Assembly: GCA_016205905.1 (NCBI GenBank)
Contig: JACQSP010000090.1
Coordinates: forward strand, 1-35,585
Origin: Candidatus Woesearchaeota archaeon
Lineage (GTDB): Archaea > Nanobdellota > Nanobdellia > Woesearchaeales > DSVV01
Direction of reading: 5' to 3'
DNA length: 35,585 nucleotides
Shown: positions 29,614 to 35,585 of the stretch, piece after piece
Numbering within the stretch: the first letter of the stretch is position 1
How the letters are laid out: each line of letters begins with the position of its first letter
Position numbers and translations under genes: made by a program
The notes under the pieces: model-generated
Database searches by the model: none
What the model was told of the DNA's origin: nothing
The model's input: only the letters and a program-made list of their open reading frames with translations

Positions 29614-29653
29614 TTTTTTGTTTCGTTCCAAGGCGCAGCCACCCGTTTCACTA
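29614..29653 (-). repeat. Solo family A end
   Basis: TTTGTTTCGTTCCAAGGCGCAGCCACCCGTTTCACTA resembles the reverse complement of 7901-7935. Confidence 0.7.
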
Positions 29654-29775
29654 TTTTAATTAGTTTATTTTTTTAAGTTTACTTTTCTAATAAAACTATT
29701 AAAAAGATATTAATCAGATAACCAAACACCATTTTTCTGTTAACTTTTAAATACTAGTTTAACTTTCTTATCCTT

Positions 29776-30693
29776 ATGAAACGAAAAGTTATCCAAATCG
29801 CAGACAAAACCTTTGTAATTTCACTGCCATCTGAATGGGTCAAGCGTTTTAACATCAGTAAAGGCGACGAAATAGATTTAAAAGAGTTCAATGATGGCTT
29901 AATTATTTCTTCTCAAAATCAGCTTGGAGCAACAAGCTCTATAAGAATTAATATCGCGAATCTTAATGAACGTGTTATCAGATGGTATCTTTCTGCACTG
30001 CATAAGGCAGGTTATGATGAAATTGAAATAAATTATATTGACAAAGACCAGCTTAAATTAATCTACGAATTAATGAAAAACCTTTTCACAGGATTTAACA
30101 TAATCTCTGAAACAAAAAATGTTGTTGTGCTAAAATCTATTTCTAAAGAGAACAAAGAGGAATTTGATGCTGCATTAAGGCGCTCATTCCGTATTACAAT
30201 CTCAATGGGCAGTGAGCTTATTGAATGTTTAAAAACTAAAAATTATGAAAGATTGCCATTAATCAAAGAAAAAGAGCTCCTTAACAATCAATTGACTAAC
30301 TTTTGCGAAAGGCTGGTTAACAAGCACAGGTTTGAAAAATCAGTGTTTCTGTATACAATAATCTGGAACCTCGAAAAAATCTGCGATAATTACAAATATA
30401 TAATTAATGAACTAGGTAAACAAGATACAAACATTAACCTCAAAACACCAATTTCAAAGGAGCTTATTAACATTTTTGAGCTTGCCAATAATTACCTTGA
30501 GCAGTATTATGATTTGTTATTTAATTTTGACATCAAAAAATTAAATACTATTGACGAGAATAAAAAACAAATCAATTCAAAAACATCAGCTTTAAAATTA
30601 AGCGGTCTTGATAAAGAAATTCTTAATCATTTAATTGTTTTGATAACACAAACAACTGATTTCTCTGCTTCAATTATTGCGATGAATGTTTAA
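29776..30693 (+). CDS. AbrB-PhoU family regulator
   Basis: MKRKVIQIADKTFVISLPSEWV...KGDEI AbrB domain; GYDEIEI; helical PhoU-like region with LEKICD. Confidence 0.85.
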   Translation: MKRKVIQIADKTFVISLPSEWVKRFNISKGDEIDLKEFNDGLIISSQNQLGATSSIRINIANLNERVIRWYLSALHKAGYDEIEINYIDKDQLKLIYELMKNLFTGFNIISETKNVVVLKSISKENKEEFDAALRRSFRITISMGSELIECLKTKNYERLPLIKEKELLNNQLTNFCERLVNKHRFEKSVFLYTIIWNLEKICDNYKYIINELGKQDTNINLKTPISKELINIFELANNYLEQYYDLLFNFDIKKLNTIDENKKQINSKTSALKLSGLDKEILNHLIVLITQTTDFSASIIAMNV

Positions 30694-30791
30694 ATGAAAA
30701 CAACGAAAAACCAATTGTTAAAAATCAACAACCAAAAACTAATGGTTAAGGTTAATAACTAATAAAAATACCAGAAACCAACAATTAACAA

Positions 30792-33137
30792 TTAATTATG
30801 TTCAAAATAATCCTTCAACATCCTCAGTCCAGTATCTCTTCTAACAAATTCTGTGCAGTGATCAATATAGAAGTCTGTATATTCTTTTTTAACCACACTA
30901 ATAGATTCCAATGCATTTGTTAAGATTTGCGCCCTCAATGGCTGCACTCTTGGCCTAGATGGAGAGCTCCAGGCAAAACATAATGCAACTGCCCTTTCGT
31001 AGACAGAATTAAGATATTTCAGGGCAAATAATTTCTGCTCCTGTTCATCAGGTTCTTTCCATTGTTCATGTGGTTTTTCATATATTATTCCTCTATCTAA
31101 TTTATTTGATAATGTATTTGATGCTTCTGTATTTTGTATTTTTTGTATTTTAAGTGCCCTAAAATATGAATATTCCTTAAAATAATGTTTTGCTGCGTTT
31201 ATTCTGAACACCCAGCTCATTTTTCCTGAATAGTTTAACAGATTAACTAATTCCTGCGCCTGTTCAATCGTCCCTTTCTCGTCCCAGTCAATTGCAATGA
31301 TTCTTTCCTGCCTTAATTCTGGGATTAAGCCTGTTTCAATTATCCAGTTTTCAGGATGTGCATCTTTGTTGAATACATAATTAGGTGTTAATCGTTCGTC
31401 TGAAATATATCCTAAACGCAATTTGTCCACAATTTTACTTTCGACATTATACTCCTGCCTTAGTTTTCCAACTCTGTCCTCAAAATATTCTTTAGAATTT
31501 CTTGTTTTTTTCCCTTGTATCGGCATTTTTGCATGAATAAATGCAAGCACAGTAAGGATTTCTTTAGTAATCTCTTCTGTTTCTGGTTCAGAACAATTAT
31601 TTATTTTTTCCAATAATGTTTGCCCGACACTTCTTCTCATGACCTGCACAATTTTGTTATCACAATCTATAACAAGTAAATCTTCGCTGAATCCAAGCGT
31701 TTGAAGTGTCTCAATTCTCTTCTTTATACTTCTTTTAGTTTCATACCTTTTTTTACCTTCACTATCATATTTTTCTTCATCTTTAGAATCATACATTAAA
31801 TCATCTAATGTTCTAGAATACATTTCCCGTGCTTGGCAAAGATTGGCATTTGCCTTTTCTGTTTCACCACGAGAATCCTGTTTGTAAATATAAGTCGCAT
31901 TTAGGAATTTGCTTGCTTCGCCGCTTATCTGCCTCACTTGCTTCGTTGTTTCTCCGCAGCTTTCAAGCACATACTTTTCATCAGATTCAATCTTTTGGTA
32001 TATTGCTTTATGAATTTCAACTGCCTTCTTTTTCTCGTCGTCATTTCCAGCTTCAAGCTCTTCAGCATACAATACTTTCAGCTCAAGGCTGTCAGGGAAT
32101 ACTTCTAGTGCTTCTTCAAATGTTTTGAGGCACTTAGTATGTTCTCCGCGTACTTTATAACTATATGCTCTGTTGCAATACAATACTAAAATATCTTTAT
32201 TCAGTTTTCCTTCATTTCTTGCTTTTTTCAGCCTTTTTTTCAATTGCAGTGTTTCTAAAAATTCAGTTAGGTACATATTCAATCTTTCTATAAATAAATT
32301 AAATCTCATAAACCTGACATTTTTTTTATAAGGTAATTTTTCATGGGCTTTTCTTAGCTCAAACAACGCATTATTATCATCACTCATCATTGAATAAGCA
32401 TATGCCTTTGAAAGGTTTGCAGCATAATCCTCAAGAGAAAGATGCTCCATTTCTTCACTAATCTCCAAATATCTTTTATAGCCTCTTCTGAACAAATTAT
32501 ACACTAATCTTAAACCCAGCCATGTAACTTTTCTCTGCTCAGGGTTGCATAATGGCTTTAATGATTCAAATACTGCCTGTGTTACCCCTAAAAATGGGGC
32601 AGAAGATATGGCTAAATAAGCAAAGCTTCTGGAAACATACCCTTTAATGAAATTAATAAACCCCATTCTCTCATTCTCAAGAGGAGGCATTAACCAGCTA
32701 GGCTCAAGAATGACATACTCACCATATCTTGGCTCAATTCTGTGATCATGAAACAACCCCTTTAGTAAATACATATCAAACCTAATCATCTCATTATGTA
32801 CTAGAAACCATAACGCAAATCCAGCAGCAAAAGGATGGTTTAATATTTTCCAGACACCTTTAGGCACAACTTTTACCCTTTCCTCAGCTCTGTGCTGGTG
32901 TGCATAAAGGCTTGCATATAGAAAAACTGACCCAATTCCAGCGTCTATCATGGTCGGATTAATTGTCTCAGTCACACTGCTAAAACTATCTAATTTATGC
33001 ATTAGCAGTGTTTCAAGCCCAAAATAAACAGGCGCAATTATTTCAGGATAGTGCCTTTTAAAGAACTCTTTTACTCTTTCAGCTTTTTCAAGCTTAGAAC
33101 TGCTTATACTCTTATTTACTCGTTCAACAAGATTCAT
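30792..33137 (-). CDS. Membrane-associated TPR-like protein with C-terminal phosphotransferase/kinase-like domain
   Basis: Hydrophobic N-terminal segments; TPR-like NRAYSYKVRGEHTKCLKTFEEALEVFP; LAFIH, DAHPENWII and IAIDWD (APH/ELK catalytic loop and DFG-like motifs). Confidence 0.75.
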   Translation of the reverse strand: MNLVERVNKSISSSKLEKAERVKEFFKRHYPEIIAPVYFGLETLLMHKLDSFSSVTETINPTMIDAGIGSVFLYASLYAHQHRAEERVKVVPKGVWKILNHPFAAGFALWFLVHNEMIRFDMYLLKGLFHDHRIEPRYGEYVILEPSWLMPPLENERMGFINFIKGYVSRSFAYLAISSAPFLGVTQAVFESLKPLCNPEQRKVTWLGLRLVYNLFRRGYKRYLEISEEMEHLSLEDYAANLSKAYAYSMMSDDNNALFELRKAHEKLPYKKNVRFMRFNLFIERLNMYLTEFLETLQLKKRLKKARNEGKLNKDILVLYCNRAYSYKVRGEHTKCLKTFEEALEVFPDSLELKVLYAEELEAGNDDEKKKAVEIHKAIYQKIESDEKYVLESCGETTKQVRQISGEASKFLNATYIYKQDSRGETEKANANLCQAREMYSRTLDDLMYDSKDEEKYDSEGKKRYETKRSIKKRIETLQTLGFSEDLLVIDCDNKIVQVMRRSVGQTLLEKINNCSEPETEEITKEILTVLAFIHAKMPIQGKKTRNSKEYFEDRVGKLRQEYNVESKIVDKLRLGYISDERLTPNYVFNKDAHPENWIIETGLIPELRQERIIAIDWDEKGTIEQAQELVNLLNYSGKMSWVFRINAAKHYFKEYSYFRALKIQKIQNTEASNTLSNKLDRGIIYEKPHEQWKEPDEQEQKLFALKYLNSVYERAVALCFAWSSPSRPRVQPLRAQILTNALESISVVKKEYTDFYIDHCTEFVRRDTGLRMLKDYFEHN

Positions 33138-33314
33138 ATAGCTACCTGTTTCTGCTATAACTCTGCTATATCTTTTTCTATATCTCTATAACACCTTAAA
33201 ATCTACTAAAAAGCCATCTTATTAGGTGGAATATTTAACAAACATTTAAATATATCTAAAAAAGATAACTCTAGATAAGCATAGTGCAGTGCGTAGTATC
33301 ATTTTATTATCACC

Positions 33315-33440
33315 ATGCTAACTAAACTTAAACTAAGCAAAAAAGCAGATTGGGAATCATTAGTAAAAACCATAATTATACTTTTAGTATTTATAGCACT
33401 GGTATTGTCTGTAATTGGGCTATTAAGAATTTTGAAATAA
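33315..33440 (+). CDS. 41-aa micro-pilin-like peptide (not in the ORF track)
   Basis: MLTKLKLSKKA-DWESLVKTIIILLVFIALVLSVIGLLRILK*; basic-KKA plus hydrophobic helix; upstream of pilin-like genes. Confidence 0.65.
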   Translation: MLTKLKLSKKADWESLVKTIIILLVFIALVLSVIGLLRILK

Positions 33441-33528
33441 GGAAGGTCATAATCAGCCCCACTAAATCAACCAATCAAACATAGAATATACTAAAAGTCA
33501 TTAATTTTCATACAAAAACAAGTTAATT

Positions 33529-34419
33529 ATGTTCAAACACAAAAAAATAGGAATAGCCTTGCCAAGGCTTACGCAAATTATATTAGTTTTGCTGTTTTTT
33601 GTAGTTGCATTAGTCATTGCTCCAAGCTTTCTTAACTGGTCTGGCCTTAAATCAAAGGAAGAGGTTTGCAAATTTACCATCGGCGCTGAACAGTTTACAA
33701 AGGTTGGCTCTTTCAGTGTTATAAGAGAAAAATGTCCGCAAAGCATGGTCAGGATTTACAATGACAAAATTACTAAAGACAATAAACCTTTGCTTTTCAA
33801 GTTTAAAGAGGGCGAAAAAACTAAAGTTCAGACAACATTCAAGGATAATTTGCCAGAAGAGTTTGTTTATAAAACAATAGCTGACGAGATGGTTGCCTGT
33901 TGGGATAAGTTTGGCCATGGCAAAGATATATTTGAAGCTAATTTATTGTCTACAAACAAAAATTGTGCAAGATGCGCTTTGGTAACATTTGATACAAGTG
34001 TCATAAGTTCTGGTTCTTTAGGGTCTTTAAATGGCTTGGCTGAGTTTATGTCTTCAAACAAAATTTCAACAGGCAACATTAAGGGAACAGAAGAAACATA
34101 TTATGATCATCTTTATATGAATGCAATATCTAATAAACACAATGTTAATCTGCTTGTGATGGGCGAGGACTTGTCAGATTCTGATGAAAAAGATCTGCCG
34201 TATTACAATCCTCAATCCTTGGTTATTGATCAATCAACTTCAATAATACCTTCTGCAGTTAACACTTATCAGATTATTTACTTTGTCTGGAGCACACAGA
34301 ATATTGTTCAGGTATTAGATCAATTAGGATTAAGCGCAAAATTTGACGTGCCTTCACATATATTTTTAGTTCAAAGCGACCAAATCACCACTTATCTTTG
34401 CGAGAATTTTATGAATTAA
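33529..34419 (+). CDS. Pilin-like membrane-anchored Cys protein; paralog of 34517-35482
   Basis: KHKKIG plus hydrophobic helix; IADEMVACWDKFGHG; CARC. Confidence 0.8.
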   Translation: MFKHKKIGIALPRLTQIILVLLFFVVALVIAPSFLNWSGLKSKEEVCKFTIGAEQFTKVGSFSVIREKCPQSMVRIYNDKITKDNKPLLFKFKEGEKTKVQTTFKDNLPEEFVYKTIADEMVACWDKFGHGKDIFEANLLSTNKNCARCALVTFDTSVISSGSLGSLNGLAEFMSSNKISTGNIKGTEETYYDHLYMNAISNKHNVNLLVMGEDLSDSDEKDLPYYNPQSLVIDQSTSIIPSAVNTYQIIYFVWSTQNIVQVLDQLGLSAKFDVPSHIFLVQSDQITTYLCENFMN

Positions 34420-34516
34420 TAAGAAACAATTAAAAAATTCAATAACTTATTTAATAAATAAAAAAAGATAAAGATAAAATAGAAAAGGATAAAATAAATC
34501 AACCATTTTTTTAGCC

Positions 34517-35482
34517 ATGAACATTAAAACAAAAACCTTAAAAATATGCACTAAAAAATCACAAATGATGGCGTTTACCCTCGTCGGTGTACTTATTATG
34601 CTGTTTTTATTGTTTATTTTATTGTTTGAATCAAATCTTTTTATTAAATACAAAGAAACAACAGCTCTTAATAATTGCAGGCAATCAACAATGCTGGCAT
34701 CTTTCAAACAGCCGGCTGTTTTGGCAACATTAACAGGAGCGCAGACGCCAATTGAGAAATCCGGCAAGGACATAAATTGCCCAATTATCTATAAAAATAT
34801 TAAAGAATACAATGGCAAAGATAACCCCAAAGAAAGTGATAATTATTACATAAACAAAATTATAGCCGACCAAATGGCAGGGTGTTGGTATAAATTTAAT
34901 GAAGGCAATGTAAATCTGTTCTCTAAAGTTCATGGTGAAACAACCGAATACTGTGTTGTTTGCAGCGTCGTCTCATTCGAAGAAGATGCGAAAAACCAAG
35001 AAGTGAATGGCTTGTTAAATTTTATGGCAACAAAAAAGACACCCGCATTATTTGGAGCAAAGACATACATAGAATATTTATCCGGCGTGGCAACAGACCA
35101 GGAAATGCAAAAAAAGATTAAAGAGCAGGATACTTCTTCAATAAACACAGCAAGTGATTATGTTATCTTATTCTATTATCCAAAAAAAGGGTATTATTCT
35201 GAGTCAGAAGCAGTTGTTTTAGGCTCAAAAGTAGGTGGTGGTGTTGGTGCAGCCCTTACTTTAGTGCTCAAATATCTGCCGCAGGCAAAAGCAGTCAGTT
35301 GGATTGGCGGCAAATGGTTTATTATGGGCTCGTCTGCAATGGGCGGTTGGATTGGCAGTTTCTTTGGCCACGGCAAAGGTTATGAGTATGGCGCTCAGGT
35401 TTTATTATTGCCTTACCATCAGGAAATGCTTAAAGAAATGAAATGCGAGATGCCAGTGCCGCTGGGTTATAGGCCGGAATGA
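34517..35482 (+). CDS. Pilin-like protein with Gly-rich hydrophobic hairpin
   Basis: KKSQ-MMAFTLVGVLI; IADQMAGCWYKFNEG; CVVC; GxxxG-rich segment near the C-terminus. Confidence 0.8.
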   Translation: MNIKTKTLKICTKKSQMMAFTLVGVLIMLFLLFILLFESNLFIKYKETTALNNCRQSTMLASFKQPAVLATLTGAQTPIEKSGKDINCPIIYKNIKEYNGKDNPKESDNYYINKIIADQMAGCWYKFNEGNVNLFSKVHGETTEYCVVCSVVSFEEDAKNQEVNGLLNFMATKKTPALFGAKTYIEYLSGVATDQEMQKKIKEQDTSSINTASDYVILFYYPKKGYYSESEAVVLGSKVGGGVGAALTLVLKYLPQAKAVSWIGGKWFIMGSSAMGGWIGSFFGHGKGYEYGAQVLLLPYHQEMLKEMKCEMPVPLGYRPE

Positions 35483-35585
35483 TACTGATGTGATTTTCTG
35501 TTTATTGAGGATTTTGAATAATCTATGCATATAATCTTATGAAACTTTTTTTGATAAACTTTTTTCTGATTAACTTTATAAATAA

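Noticed and set aside
133..29653. CRISPR array
   Set aside because: Repeats are dispersed, not regularly interspaced; no cas genes
729..35376. Short antisense or overlapping ORFs in the track (e.g. 1364-1720, 2060-2557, 15930-16202, 25104-25481)
   Set aside because: Shadows of well-supported genes or repeats, with no recognisable motifs

Overview
AT-rich archaeal chromosomal segment, probably DPANN/Woesearchaeota-like (inferred from gene content and signal-peptide style). The left part holds informational genes: an RPA-like OB-fold/wHTH protein, MCM with a 480-aa Ser-initiated LAGLIDADG intein, TBP, a THUMP/degenerate ThiI protein and RNase P p30. These are interrupted by a BRO-N/YhcG pseudogene remnant and a ~2 kb AbiE-like toxin-antitoxin islet flanked by a diverged duplication of the rpp30 3' end. 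The right two thirds is a cell-surface locus: 1248-aa and 2306-aa Cys-rich proteins and nine class III signal peptide (pilin-like) ORFs, including an unlisted 41-aa one, plus AbrB-PhoU and a TPR/kinase-like protein. Many intergenic spacers are occupied by a modular repeat system. It comprises MITE-like shells (GTATTTGTTTAG terminal inverted repeats, 8-bp target duplications, C-GNA-G mini-hairpins) carrying interchangeable 7/8-mer-periodic palindromes. One of these palindromes also occurs free-standing, with a conserved bulged hairpin core. All calls were made by eye from sequence motifs; no database searches were run.
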